This document shows, piece after piece, positions 1 through 13,290 of a stretch of DNA of 64,000 nt (position 1 is the stretch's first letter; every line of letters begins with the position of its first letter). The notes below the pieces were generated by a model that saw only the letters and a list, made by a program, of their open reading frames with translations, ran no database searches and was not told where the DNA came from. The position numbers were made by a program, and so were the translations under genes. The DNA lies in NCBI RefSeq assembly GCF_001194135.2, contig NC_068982.1, positions 65,062,928 through 65,126,927 of the forward strand. The letters run 5' to 3'. Source of the stretch: Octopus bimaculoides. Lineage: Eukaryota.

Positions 1-281
1 TTTTACCTGGCACGAACCCAAACTGCATCTCATCTAAATTGATTCGCTCCCTAATTAGTTGGGCTATGACCCTCTCCGTAACTTCCATAACCTGATCTAA
101 CAGCTTGATGCCTCTGTAATTATTAGTATCTAAAGCATCACCTTTACCTTTGTAGCAGTTTACTATGGTGCTGCTACACCAGTCATTGGGTATGACTCCT
201 TCGTGTATCACCTGGTTCGTAATACGGGTGACTAGGCTGTAGCCAACACTGCCAGATATTTTGAGCATCTCTGCAGTGATT

Positions 282-282
<1 letters not shown>
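1..282 (-). mobile_element. RTE-clade LINE, reverse transcriptase N-terminal fragment
   Basis: Manual minus-strand translation gives ITAEMLKISGSVGYSLVTRITNQVIHEGVIPNDWCSSTIVNCYKGKGDALDTNNYRGIKLLDQVMEVTERVIAQLIRERINLDEMQFGFVPGK. This matches the IP.DW..S.IV..YKGKGD...NYRGIKLL...QFGF.PG motif of RTE-type RTs. It ends at a (TA)n tract and runs off the window edge. Confidence 0.9.
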
Positions 283-315
<33 letters not shown>

Positions 316-519
316 CACACATACATACATATATACATTACTCACTTCCTTATCTGTTTCTGGTGTGTCAGCATCAAGATAAATGTGTTGCTAGGGTTAG
401 TTAACAAAAACTGGTGGTACTCTGACCAATCAGCTAAATTGGAAGTGCTAGAGTGTTGCACAGTGTATAGATGTGTGATGGGTAGTTACACAAAGGCATT
501 GATAAGTTAACCTGACAGT

Positions 520-1070
520 TGTAGAGATGGTGAGAATTTTGAAGGTGAGAATGTGGGGAATAAAGTGTGTGCATTGGTCATGGGTGGGTGTAGGGATTGA
601 AACCAGTTGATGCGGAGAGTTGAGGATTGCAAAAGGTTTGGTTTCAGCACCGATGGCAGCAGTATGCGATAAGTGAGAGCTAAGTAATAAGCATAAGCAC
701 TGAAGTCACCGAAAATGATGTCTTCAAAGTGAGGTGAAGAGGTAAGACATATGTTCAGTACAGGAAAAAATATATGGTTCAAGAGTTGTTGTTGTTGGTA
801 GTGGTGGCTGTAAGAGTATGGTAAGCAGTAGTGAAAGCAGATGTTAGAGCAGCGAGGAAGAGAAATATTGAACCAGAGTAACTTGAAATCATTGTTGCTG
901 ATATCTAGAAGGAAGAGGTGAGTGGCTGTGAATGTGTAATCTATTTGTGTAGCCACCATTTTTCAAAGTGAAGTTTGAGTACAGAGTGTAACCTGGGCAG
1001 CAGAGATGGGCTAACAGATAAGGGATCAAGATTTGTCTTGAAGACAGACAAGATGTGTGGTTTACATGTA
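520..1070 (-). mobile_element. Decayed LINE APE-type endonuclease fragment
   Basis: ORF 507..959 and upstream sequence give HILSVFKTNL...NGG...LLWFNISLP...ICF...SSPHFEDIIFGDFSAY, resembling APE motifs (ETxL, GG, LWxxI, I.GDFN) of CR1/L2/Jockey-group LINEs. Heavily degenerate. Confidence 0.5.
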
Positions 1071-1263
1071 TATGTATGGTGTCGGGTTATATATTCACAC
1101 ATATGCTCAAGATCTCACACACACACACACCACTGACTGATGTATCTACACATGGATAAGCATGTATATTCATGTATATGTACTAAGTTTCAAAGAGACA
1201 AATACTACAAAGGTATGCTGTACCTTTATGTACACACTGATAAAGCATATACAAAATATATAT

Positions 1264-1308
<45 letters not shown>

Positions 1309-1535
1309 GACAAAAGGAACATTTAGTCACATACACAAGATATACACAAACACTATGCATCACACACAGCATAGACATCCTACTATGAGTCTATGCAGTT
1401 GCTCAGTCTGCCAGAAATCACAGCCAAATGTCTCTCAAATCACATACCCTGGTCTTTAAAGAGGAAGGATACATTGGACACTGTAGTCATATACATATAT
1501 ATATACATGCATACATATGTACATACCTACATGCA

Positions 1536-1572
<37 letters not shown>

Positions 1573-1884
1573 GCATACATACATATACTGTGTCTGAAAA
1601 AAAAGGCTAAGACAGTCACAACCAGAATGTCTTTGGTCATAATCTTCCTGATCTCTTTGACCCAAGTTTGTCTATCAAGTAGATGCAATGAAAGGCTTTC
1701 CCAGCCACAACTATTCCATCCTTTTTTAGTTCTACATTATCCAGTGCTTCCTTTTATAAAAAAAAGTGGTGGTGACTGAGACATGATCTGATGAAGATTT
1801 TACAACTATTTCTAGCAAGTTCAGCGATTAGCTAGTGGATCTTTCTATGTCTCAAGAAGCTGAAAATTGTTGTTGTTGAGTCCC

Positions 1885-2810
1885 AAGGGCAAAAGTTTCA
1901 TATGCGACCCTGATGGAGACACTGACATATTTGCATTAACACAGGTGCTCTCCAAGGGGGAACCTCAGCTCCTTTCCTTTTCATTATATCCTCAAACTAT
2001 GTACCACAACACACTTTGCCATCTGAACTAAGCATAAATTTATGTCCCTGCCAAGATTCACATCATCTATTATCGTACCTCACAGACCTTGACTTCATAA
2101 AAGACACTGCACTTGTCTCACATTCAATCACAAATGCTCAAACTTGCCATACAAACCTAGAGTTGGCTGCCATTGGAGGTGGTCCCTCAAAAAATTGCTT
2201 GAAGACAAAGACCATTATCATTGATGAAAATGCTGATGTGGATGATCTTACACTTTCATCAGAGCCTTTTGTGCCAGTTGCTGTTTTCTGCTACCTGGGT
2301 TCTCACACTTGCTCTACTATCTACAGATGTTAACATTGTAAAGCGATAACATGGTCAGCATCGGATAAGCTATGGATAAATTTGGAAAGTACCACAACTG
2401 TTATGTGACCTGAAACTATACTTGTTTCATTCTACAGTAGAATCTATTTTGCTCTATGGATCTGAATGCTGGTCTCTTATGGTGGCCCAACAGTGATCAC
2501 AAAACACCATGTACACTCAACTTCTGTGCAAGGCCTTCAACATCTCTTATGTCTACCATATATCAAACAAGTTGCTGTATGGATCTTTACCACATGTCAG
2601 CCAGACAGTCAAATAAAGACAGCTAAAATTTGCAGGCCACTGTCTTTGTCAAACAGACCAACTTGTCACTGTGCTTCTTTTCTATAACCCCCACAGGTCA
2701 GATCTGCAAGACAAATGTCCATGCACTTATGCAGAACAAGGACTGTGCACTGTTTCAGAGTTGGCATGCACAATGTCATCTCACACAGTCTGGAAGGAAA
2801 TTTGTTCTTG
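1885..2810 (+). mobile_element. RTE/RTEX-like LINE, RT and C-terminal region, frameshifted
   Basis: Piecewise translation: PDGDTDIFAL, GALQGGTSAPFLFII, LTDLDFIKDTALVS (degenerate DLDFADD), FCYLGS, STVESILLYGSECW, FAGHC...WKEI. These RTE-type motifs are in the expected order. Confidence 0.85.
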
Positions 2811-3530
2811 AGTTGAAGTTGATGTCCATAAGTGATGTAACATAGACAAAAGACTTGTTGAGTCTCAGATCAGTTCCGATCTAGCTGAACTATGACCAAA
2901 AGAAATTTCAGCTTTGATTATCACCTGTTTTGTTTTTTCAGACACAGTATATCTAGGAGTACATTATTTAATGTGTCTTTCTATTCTTTTAAATAATAGG
3001 ATGCGTAATTTGCAGGGTTTTTCGTTGCTATTTCTAGCAGTTTGAATAACAACATAGAGGCACACCCTTTGACTTGACAAGCTGAAAGTTAGTGTCTTAG
3101 AGAATACCTGTGGAATCTACAGTTACAATTTCTTTCTTTTCTTCCCTCTCTCTCTCTCTCTCTCTCACCTTACTGCAAGCTTTGCATCTACTGCTGATGC
3201 TAGGTGCATCTAGTACTTGCAGATATGCACATCTAAAAAGGTGCAGTAAATGAATTACAATAGTCAATAGTGCAATTATACTCTTGTATGAAATTCTTTG
3301 GTGTCAATCATTCACACAACAGCATTGCATATTTTAAGAAATGGTCTTTATTGTTTTATTTGTGCATTGTGGGTGTGCGTATATAAGTATGCAGATATTT
3401 TTGTATATCTGTGTATGTGTGTGTGTGTGTGTGTTTAGGGATATTCTTTCTTCTGACTGGTTTCAGTTATTGAAGTACAACCTTGCTGCAGCTTAGCTTC
3501 TCCAATAATAAAATGTGTATTTATAAGTGT

Positions 3531-3576
<46 letters not shown>

Positions 3577-3768
3577 CTGCATGTGTTTATGCATGTGCAC
3601 TTACGTGAGTTGTGTAGATATGACTATGCAGGGCAGGTTACATGTGAGTATGTGGTGTATTTGTGTTTTGGAGTGTGGCTCTGTATGCATGCATGGGTGC
3701 TCTGTGTGTGCACAAGACTATATACAAGTAGCCATACACATATGTACACACACACACTCAACCCAAAA

Positions 3769-4000
3769 GGCAGCGAGCTGGCAGAAACGTTAGCACACAG
3801 GGCGAAATGCTTAGCCGTATTTCGTCTGCCGCTACGTTCTGAGTTCAAATTCCACCGAGGTCGACTTTGCCTTTCATCCTTTCAGGGTCGATTAAATAAG
3901 TATCAGTTATGTACTGGGGTCGATATAATCAACTTAATCCGTTTGTCTGTCCTTGTTTGTCCCCTCTGTGTGTAACCTCTTGTGGGTAGTAAAGAAATAA
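3769..4000 (+). mobile_element. tRNA-derived SINE family A, near full length, long-tail variant
   Basis: Head ggcagcgagctggcagaaacgttagcac...gagttcaaattcc (A/B-box-like), central gtcgat..taagta..ggggtcgat. Many near-identical copies in the window. Confidence 0.85.
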
Positions 4001-4099
4001 CACACTCAACCCATCCTAGCATGGAAAATGGATGTTAAATGATGACATATATACATCCACACATGCATACATATATACACCCCCCCACACACACACACA

Positions 4100-4788
4100 C
4101 ACATATATAAAAAGGAGAATGTGTGTGTGTCTGTCTGTATGTGTGCATCACTAAAACTTGAGAGTTACCCAACTGATTTCATTCAAATTTTACACATGCC
4201 TTACTTAAGGTCCATGAAGTGTCATGGGCCAAAAAAATTTTGAACTTTTTGCCTAATGGGAGCCTGGAGCAATCTTTTATCACTTACACTGTTTTGGTAT
4301 TACGTGTCAAAAGTGTGTAATGTGATATAATAGTTTCACCATTATATGGTTTCAATATCAATTACTTTCACTATGTATATATTACATTTATTTCATTTCT
4401 GTAAGTTTCACTATGTATTTATATATATATTTGTATATGTCTGTGTGCAATATATATATATATATATATGATTTACTTTCCATAATGAGATAAAAGACCA
4501 AGGGTGTGTATAATATAGAACATTTATAAATAGAATGTCTTACAGCTGTTTCCAAGATATTTATTATATCCATTCATCGGAGAAAGTATGAGTGGATGAT
4601 TAAGCAATAGTTAGTTTAGTTAAGAAAGGATAGAGAGTGAATGTAGAGATATTGTATTTTCAAATCCAATGTTTAGGCAGAATGGTATGCATATAAGATT
4701 CCAATACCTTGTGATTAAGATCCAATTGATTTTAAGATTGGTCGTTGCCTTTGTAAATCCATTATTAAGATTCCAATATCCAAAGTTC

Positions 4789-4847
<59 letters not shown>

Positions 4848-7800
4848 CACCACATACAATCACCAAACATCTCCACTACTTAACACCGTCCAAATTAACC
4901 CTCTGAAAAACTACTAATTAAACAAAAAAGAGAAAAAATTGATTGCTATTAAAACGCGTAAAATTTTGGGGTTAATAATCTTAATCTTCAGTTACAGTTT
5001 CTCATTCAAACTACATGATAGGCAGAATTGTCGGATTAAGACAATAGTGTGTTTTGAGGGAGATTTGGCTGCTATTTCTACCAGGTCTAGCTACCATGTA
5101 GAGGTCTCTCTCATTAGCTCATACATACATACATACATACATATATACATAAAATCGAAATAAAATACTTAAAGCAACAGCCGTCAAATACAAAAGCCAA
5201 GGTCCATGCAGTGTCATGGGCCAAAGCGAGCCCAGAGCAATCTCTTATCTCTTACACTATTGTAATGTGAGATAATACTTTCAGTTTAAAAGAAGTCTGT
5301 CCTCTCTCTCTCTCTCTGTATATATATATATATATTCTTTATGCATTCCAAAACCGAGTTACAGATTTTGACGTATGGGGTATCAAAAGAGTCAGTACTA
5401 TTTCGGCTACAAATTAAACTTAATTTCCATTCACATATTTGCATTTCAAAAATTTGACATTATAATCTTTTCCATAAATCCACAATCGTAAACATTTTCT
5501 GTGTGTGTACCTTAAAAGACATCAATCATCACGACACACACGCACATACACGTCCAATTCATATGAACGTACATACATCTTTCACTTTCTTTCTCTGTCC
5601 TTTTCGCTTATTGTGTTATTAAGGTTCGTTATCCATCAATTATCCTTATTGAGAAGAAACAGTCCAGGTCTGGCTACCATACAGACGTCTCCCTCATTGG
5701 CTCATCTAATATAGTTTAAATATCACTTGCAATTTTCATTTAGGAGATAAAACAGCGTTCCGTCTGACGTGCAGGTGTCAACATGAGGTATGCTTGAGTG
5801 CAAAAAGTTTAAGGTTAATTATGATGTCCGATTCCACTTGAAGTTGTATATATATTGTCTTATTAAGGTTCGTTATCAATCAATTATCCTTATTGAGAAG
5901 AAACAGTCAAAAGTAACCACCACATACAATCACCAAACATCTCCACTACTTAACACGGTCCAAGTTAACCCTCTTCACCTTTACAGCTGACATGAAAAAC
6001 TACGAGGAAAAGGCAACCATTTTAATTAAGCAAAAAAAGAGAAAACTTGATTGCTATTAAAACTTGTTAAATTTTGAGGTTAATTTTCTCGATATACTTT
6101 TTGTCCACACGTACTTCTAAATGTTACTGCTCATCCACAATTACGTTTATTTTTGTGCTGACAATATCGTGCCAAAATTTCTTTTTAAACGTTCTGGGGT
6201 TTTTGTTGAGATACCATATTGAGAGCTTGCAAAAACCATTGAGGTAATTTTTTGATTTCATTTGGTTAGGTTTTATTGAATTTCAGATTTCTTGATAAGA
6301 TGCCTCGAGGAAGAAAGAGTAACCTTGGCAAAAAACAAGACATGCTTTTGCTATGCATTCACTGCGTGCAAGCGAGACAGCTGAACAAGCTGACCATCGG
6401 CATGCACGCGCCGCTGCCTCTACATCGAGCTCTCAACCGTTCGGTGGCGCTGCTTTGTTTCTTGTTGGGAACTTTCGTCAAACTTTTCCCATCGTCCCAA
6501 AAAGCCACCCAGATGATGAAATAGAAGCTTGCATTAAACATTCTCATCTTTGGCATTTCGTTCAGACGAGAACGTTAACCATCAACATGTGCTCGATTCT
6601 TCACCAACAAGAGGGTGATGATGACTATGCTACAAAGTTATTGAATGTTGGTAATGGGAACTTACCGATGGACGCAAACGGTTTGGCTGACATAAGTTCC
6701 ATCGGTAACTACGTCTCCGGCCGTGAGGATCTTTGCAGAACAGTTTACCCTGACCTTTCAACACCTACGTCAGTCACCAATGGATGTGTAAAAGGGCCAT
6801 TTTAGCTCCAACAAACGTCACCGCCCAAGCTCTTAACACGTGCCTCCTTCGTCAACTTCCAGCCCATGAGTGAATCTATGCGTCCACCGATTCAATAACA
6901 GATCCAAAGCAAGTAATGGTTTACCCGACAGAATTTTTTAACTTCCAAGAACCGTCGGGAATGCCACCTCACAAACTCTGCCTCAGACTTGGAGGTTCAA
7001 TTATTCTACTGAGAAACTTGGAACCTCCTCGGCTTTGCAATAGCACTCGGTTGTGACGCAATTGTTGGATGATGTTATCGAGGCTAAAATCATAATGGGT
7101 CAAGGGGCTGGTGACAGTTTTCATTTCCCGAATACCACTAATTCAAACTGACTGTGTATTCGCAATGAAAAGAGTACAGTTCCTCGTATGTCTAAGCTTT
7201 GTCATGACCATCAACAAAGCCCAGGAGCAGTCACTCAAAGTGGTCGAGTTGGACCTCAGCACTCCATGTTTTTCATACAGGCAGCTGTATGTAGGCTGTT
7301 CCAGAGTTGGAAACTTGGCCAATCTATTTTACTACGCTCCCGGAGGATTGACAAGGAATGTGGTTTACGAGGCAGCCCGTCAATAGTTATTTCCATGGAT
7401 TTGAAAGCCCTTTAAGGTTAGTCCTTTCTGTGATTACTTACTTTTCCGATTAGGTTACCGTTACTCTTTCAAAAATGCCCTACTTTGAAACCGACCATTT
7501 TTGATTTTTATTAGATAGTCTGCCACTTGCCCCAGGTAATCTCACATCAATGTCACACGTAGGTTCATGTAAATTGCCTTCCGAGATAAAATTGATTTGC
7601 AAAGAACATGCCTTATGTTATTTTATTGCACATTGTGTTATTTCACCCCCGAGTTTCAACTCTTTTTATGTTGGTTTCTGAGAGAAGAGAGACTTCCCTA
7701 AGCATTGTTGCACCTTTATTGATGGACAGGCAGTTTCTGTTTGCCTGTCCATCGAGTGATTAAAACTTCCATTTATATTTTTATTCGAAACTAATGTTAC

Positions 7801-8336
7801 TTATCCTGTAGTTCTCATCACTACGCCAGTGAAAATCGAAATAAAATACGTAAGGCAACAGTCGTCAAATGCAAAAGCCAAAGAACTGTTTAATGCTTAA
7901 ATATTACTTGCAATATTCACTTTGGGGATAAAACAGCGTTCAGTCTGACGTATAGGTGTCAACATGAGGTATGTACTATGGAAGAGTACATTGTGCTTAT
8001 CCTAATGTGAAAGTGCTTGAGTACAAAAAGTTTAAGGTTAATTATAATGTCCAATTCCACTGGAAGTTGTATATATTGTGGGCTGAACAGCTTTCCTTCA
8101 TTTTATTGGCCTCGTGACAATTTTGAAAAGGTTCACTGTGTTAAAATTCACTATCAATCAGTTTTCCTTATTTAGAAGAAACAGTCAACAGTTTTAACGT
8201 CTCAGGAATCTTTAATGCCCTAACCAAAAGTAACAGCTCCATACAAAACATCTCCACAACTTAACACCGTCCAAGTTAACCCTCTTCACCTATACAAACT
8301 GTCCAATGGATGGGGTGTGGGTGGGGCGTTTGCTAG
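4100..8336 (+). mobile_element. Non-autonomous, internally deleted Helitron (composite)
   Basis: 5' region atatataaaaaggagaatgtgtgtgtgtctgtctg is typical of Helitron-N starts, although the TC terminus is not resolved. The 3' terminus is CTAG at 8333-8336 followed by T. It contains a Rep/helicase remnant and internal direct repeats. Confidence 0.7.
6300..7386 (+). pseudogene. Helitron RepHel remnant: N-terminus fused to PIF1-like helicase C-terminal half
   Basis: MPRGRKSNLG...RASETAEQ (Helitron N-terminus) joins FGGAALFLVGNFRQTFPIVPK...ACIKHSHLW, then YPTEFFN..EPSGMPPHKL.L..GGSIILLRNL, and KRVQFLV.L.F.MTINKAQ.QSL..V.LDL..PCFS..QLYVGCSRVG...TRNVVY. Several frameshifts are present. Confidence 0.92.
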
Positions 8337-8619
8337 TATATAAGGTATATACGTATATGTATATATATATGGAGACAGGCGTGGGTGTGTGCTAGGAAAC
8401 TTGCTTCCCAACTGGGTTCAGGCATGTCAAACCATCCAACGCATGCCAGCATGGAAAACAGATGTTAAATTATGCTAAGTATTCATTTCCTTTGGTCGTT
8501 ATGTAAAAGTTACATCTCCATGTTTACACACACACACACACACACACACACGTTTCTGTGTGTGCATCCTAACATCTCTGCCTGGCCTGCATGCAGAATT
8601 CACATTGTAACACATGCTT

Positions 8620-8990
8620 TCAGGTTCTATGTCACCATGGGGAAGAGTCTTCTTGTATAGCCTTGGGTCATGGAATTGGGAGACAGAAGTGTGAGCGTTT
8701 CAAATTGCAAAGCAGTGAATTAAAACAAACCAAGTTCTCAGAGAAAAAGGTGTTTGAAATGTTTGTGTTGAAAAGAAAAAAAAGGTCTGGAGATATCACT
8801 ATAAGGGATGGTCGAAAGTGGAAAGTGTATGGATGAGGATCCTCCAGAAGTTTATCCAACTGAGGGACCAGCTATAGAAGTAGATAACTATATAGTCAAA
8901 ATGGCTATTAAGAATATCAGTTTGGGGAAAGCAGCTGGTCCACCTATTTTATAATCACTGAGATGTTGAAAATATCAGGTAATACCAATG
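8620..8990 (+). mobile_element. RTE-clade LINE fragment just upstream of the RT domain
   Basis: Translation EGPAIEVDNYIVKMAIKNISLGKAAGPP followed by ITEMLKISG matches the RTE motif V.KAI..MK.GKA.GP.GI.AEMLK. Confidence 0.7.
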
Positions 8991-9310
8991 AAGTGGATGG
9001 CATTTAAAATATTAAATAGCCACTAAATTATCTTTTACTATATCAGGGTTTGTATCAGTTGTCATTATGGCTTGATCTGCAGAACAGATGTACTTTGAAG
9101 CATGTAAAGTACAATTATTTTAAGCTTTGTATGAACTTCAGAAAGATTTAACAGATGACCATCAAGAGTGTTGTCCAACAGAAAAACAGCTTTGATTAAT
9201 AAGTTATTCTCAATGCAGAAGACTGATATAGAACAGTGTAAAAATGGTGTGAGTACTGACCCAAGATTAATTTCTGTGTGATCGATGCTTTATTATTAAA
9301 TTTCTAATAA

Positions 9311-9492
9311 GGAGGCATGTGGGCAGAATCATTAGCACACCAGGCAAAATTCTGAGTGGCGTTTCATCTGTTTTTACATTCTGAGTTCAAATTCACTTTG
9401 CGTTTCATCCTTTTGGAATCAATAAAATAAGTACCAGTTGAGTACTAGGGTCGATGCAATCGACTTACCCCTTCCCCCAAAATTTGAAACCA
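9311..9492 (+). mobile_element. SINE family A, CpG-decayed copy
   Basis: Aligns to the family A copies; most CG dinucleotides appear as TG/CA (cacaccaggcaaaat vs cacgccgggcgaaat). Confidence 0.75.
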
Positions 9493-9619
9493 TTACTAAA
9501 TTTCTAATAGATAGACAAACGTGTTTTTTTCTTTTCAATTCCTTTTAATGAATGCTTGTAGTGTTTCTGTGTGGTAAGCCGACAACAGTTTCAATTTCAG
9601 AGTTCTAGGAATACAATAA

Positions 9620-10075
9620 GCAAGCATCTATGTTTGAAAACTTTAAAATCCTAGTGCAAACTCCTCTTCAATAGCAATAAAGCTCCATGAAGGTATTCTC
9701 TTCCAATATAACCTAGTCTCATTTCTGTTGAAAATAATATCCTCAAGAATTCTGGGAATGCTTTAGCTGTTCTGGTATCTGCATTTGCTGCCTCACAACT
9801 TAACACTATAGCACTTGGAGCCAGAAAACCAGCCCTTATTACCTGCTAATGTTTCACCTCCATCCTCTTTCTCCTTCATATTATCAAAAATAGACAATAT
9901 CTTATCACAAATGACAGCTTGACTCAAGGGAGTGTTTCTGTGTTTCAAGTTTTCCACCCAATATGTTAATAACTTCTCCATTTGTTTCACTAATTTTACT
10001 CTGAGAATAATTTACTCATGCATTCCTTGTCTGGCAGCTTGCTGCATTGAACTTTTATTTTCCTTGCATATATAA
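9620..10075 (-). mobile_element. Tigger/pogo (Tc1-mariner superfamily) transposase fragment
   Basis: MEKLLTYWVENLKHRNTPLSQAVICDK...GNKGWF (CENP-B HTH), then EAANADTRTAKAFPEFL...NETRLYWKRIPS (degenerate DETGLFWKRMP, start of the DDE domain). Confidence 0.85.
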
Positions 10076-10329
10076 TTGTTTTAGGTGTCTATGTTGTCAT
10101 AAATAGACACAGATACACTCTTGGCTCTCCCACACTTGTCCCAGTGGAATGTTGATGATGTGACAGCTGGAAGAAGTGTGAGGTATTCATTTGCAGGTGA
10201 ATAGACTTTGGCAATGTGAAATAATGTGTCTGATGCAATGATAGAACACACTGCTTGGTCTAGGAATTGAACCCGCAACCTATGCTTGTGAACCCAGTAC
10301 TCTTAACATTCAGCCATACACTATGTATG

Positions 10330-10383
<54 letters not shown>

Positions 10384-10439
10384 TGATAGAGAAAGAGAGA
10401 GAGAGAGAGGGGGGGAGAGAGAGGGAGAAAGAGACTGAG

Positions 10440-10675
10440 TATATTCAATTATCCTTTTACTTGCTTCAGTCATTTGACTGTGGCCATGCTGGAGCACTGC
10501 CTTGAAGGGTTTTTTAGTCAAATAAATCAACCCCAGGACTTATTTCTTAAACCTAGTACTTATTTGTTACAGGGATGTAAACATACCAACACCAGTTGTC
10601 AAGCAGTGATGCAAGGGACAAACACAGACACAAACACAGATATATACATACATACATACCTACACACACACACAC

Positions 10676-10714
<39 letters not shown>

Positions 10715-11020
10715 CACATATACACACANNNNNNNNNNNNNNNNNNNNNNNNNNNNNNNNNNNNNNNNNNNNNNNNNNNNNNNNNNNNNNNNNNNNNNNN
10801 NNNNNNNNNNNNNNNNNNNNNNNNNNNNNNNNNNNNNNNACACACACACACACACACACAATGGGTTCCTTTCAGTTTCTGTCTACCAAATCCACTCACA
10901 AGACTTTGGTTGGCCTGAGGTTATAGTAAAAGACCCTTGCCCAAGGTGCCATACAGTGGGACTGAACTCAGAACAATGTGGTTGGGAAGCAGGCTTCTTA
11001 CCACACAGTCATGCCTCTGC
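10440..11020 (-). mobile_element. tRNA-derived SINE family B with central microsatellite (contains an N gap)
   Basis: Reverse complement of ggctgtgtggtaagaag...gggttcagtcccac...gtgagtggatttggtagac.gaaactgaaag, then (CA/TA)n, then a tail ending aatgactgaa.caagtaaaag. Confidence 0.8.
10729..10839. other. Assembly gap (N run). Other gaps: 16515-16595, 21369-22129, 23546-23982, 33391-33617, 35301-35332, 42026-42094, about 58400-58692
   Basis: Runs of n in the sequence, mostly at microsatellites or inside SINE/MITE copies. Confidence 0.98.
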
Positions 11021-11713
11021 CTATATGTATATAATTTAGTCAAAACTAAGTTTGTGTGAATTGTTACAGACTTCTCTTTCCTTATTTTCAAGCAAAAACA
11101 CGAAACTTTTAAGTAACAATTCTAGGCAGGCTCAACTTTGGATGAATAATGTTATTCCACTTTATCTAAGAGCATTGAGTACTTACTTTTCACTTATTTG
11201 TAATTCATTTTACTGTGAAACCACCACTGCTACACACATATTCTTTATTACTTTACTTGTTTCAGCTTTGCAGGGGTTTTCGTAGACCAAATCAACCCTG
11301 GTACTTATTTTAAATATGTCACTTATTCCATCAATCTCTTTTTGCTGAATTACTAAGTTAGGGGGGATATAATCGAAGCTATACTGGTTGCCAAGCACGT
11401 GTAGGTGTGTACATGAGGGTCTTCTGACACTTTCCGTCTACCATGTTCACTCACAAGGTATTGGTTGGCCCAGGACTATATAGTACCAGAGTATCATACA
11501 ATAGTACTGAACCCTGAAACCTAATAGCTGCAAAGCGAACTTTTTAACCACACAGTCTGTGTGTGTGTGTGTATGTGTGCATGAGTGGGCATCCATGTGA
11601 GAGTGTATTTATATATAGGTTTATAAGTACATAAATATGTGTATGTGTGTATATAGATATTTATGCACATAAATATTTGTGTAAAGTAATATACATACAT
11701 CTCATATATGTAC

Positions 11714-11747
<34 letters not shown>

Positions 11748-12194
11748 GCATGCATATATACATACATGTATATACATACATGTATACACATACACACATG
11801 CATGCACTTGTGTGTGTGTGTGTGTGTTATATGCATACATACATACACATGCAAATATATACATACAGACACAAACACACTGTGTGTTCTACATGCATAT
11901 ATACATACACACGCAAATATATACATATGTATAAAGGGAAAGAAAGAAATCCATTATTAATGCATTTGTGTCACTGGCAAAAAAAAAAAAAAGCCAAATG
12001 AATAAAATTGTCATCAGCAAACAATAAAAAAATAAATCTAATAAAAGGGAATTATGGGATATTTAAGAGATGTGGAAAATGGAGCTGTATGTGACCCCAT
12101 CACTTTTTTCTTTCTTTTTTTGTACAAAATATCAACTATCTCTTTTAGACTCTCAGTCCCTCAGCTGAATAAATTAAGGCTGATGAAATCCTTC

Positions 12195-13130
12195 AACCTT
12201 TTACTACTAGTGTAGGCTTTAGTATACATGGATTGACTGGAGAACTACAACTACTGCCACCACCACTATTACTACTAGTATTGCCACTACCACCACAATT
12301 ACTACTACTATTGCCACTACCACCACAACTATTACAGCCACCACCACCACTGCTATTACTATTACTGCTACAGTAACTACCAGTATTATCAATATTGCCA
12401 CCGACTACAACCATCACCACCACCACTACCAGCAACTACAACTACTATCATTGTCATCACCAATTTCACTCATCCTTATGTTCTGAGTTCAATTCCGCCA
12501 AGGTTGACTTTGCCTTTCAGAGTTGATAAATTAAGTACCAGTTATGTACTGGAGTCGATCTAATCGCCTGCCCCACTCCCCCACAAAATTTCAGGCCTTG
12601 TGCCTGGAGTAGAAAAGAAGATTATTATTATTATTACTACTACTATTATTATTACTCTTATAACTACTAGAATTACTTTTACCAATACTTCCACCATCAT
12701 AATCACCACCACTTATACTACCACCAACATTGCAACCCCCCCCATCTACATCACCATTATACCCATTACTACCACCGAGACTACTACCATTAACATCTTC
12801 GCCCCTGTTACACCAAACCACTACCACAACCATTATTACCATCATCACCACCACCACCACCACCACCACCAAAACACTCACCATCATTCAACCCTCAATT
12901 ACCACCATAACCGTCACCATTAATACAACCCCTATTATCAACGGCACTACCACCAACGCCGCCGTCACCACCATCACCGCCATTTCTACCATTACTTCCA
13001 CCGCCGTCACCACCGCCGCCGATACCACCTGTGGCAATAAGAGAAATATTTATTGTAGTTGCGTAAGGATCATTAATGGTGACGGTAGTAGTAGTGGTGA
13101 TGGTGGTGGTTGTAGTGGTGTTGGTGAACC
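12195..13130. repeat. (ACT/ACC/CAT)n low-complexity trinucleotide region with an embedded family A SINE fragment (12478-12625)
   Basis: Direct inspection; it explains the poly-T/H/V/G ORFs. Confidence 0.9.
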
Positions 13131-13290
13131 CTACTGGATATACACACACGCATGTTATCTTTGTGCCTAACATTTCTCATCGAATCCAGATGGCATGGGT
13201 GGATTGGCGGTGGTGACAGAATCACTTTGGCTCCTTTCCTCACATACCAACCTCATTTTCTTTCTCCATAGTCTAAAAAATAAAAGGGAT

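Noticed and set aside
12193-13173. Thr/His/Gly/Val-rich ORFs resembling mucin or histidine-rich proteins
   Set aside because: All frames are open because of (ACC/ACT)n. A SINE is embedded, and there is no splice or composition support.
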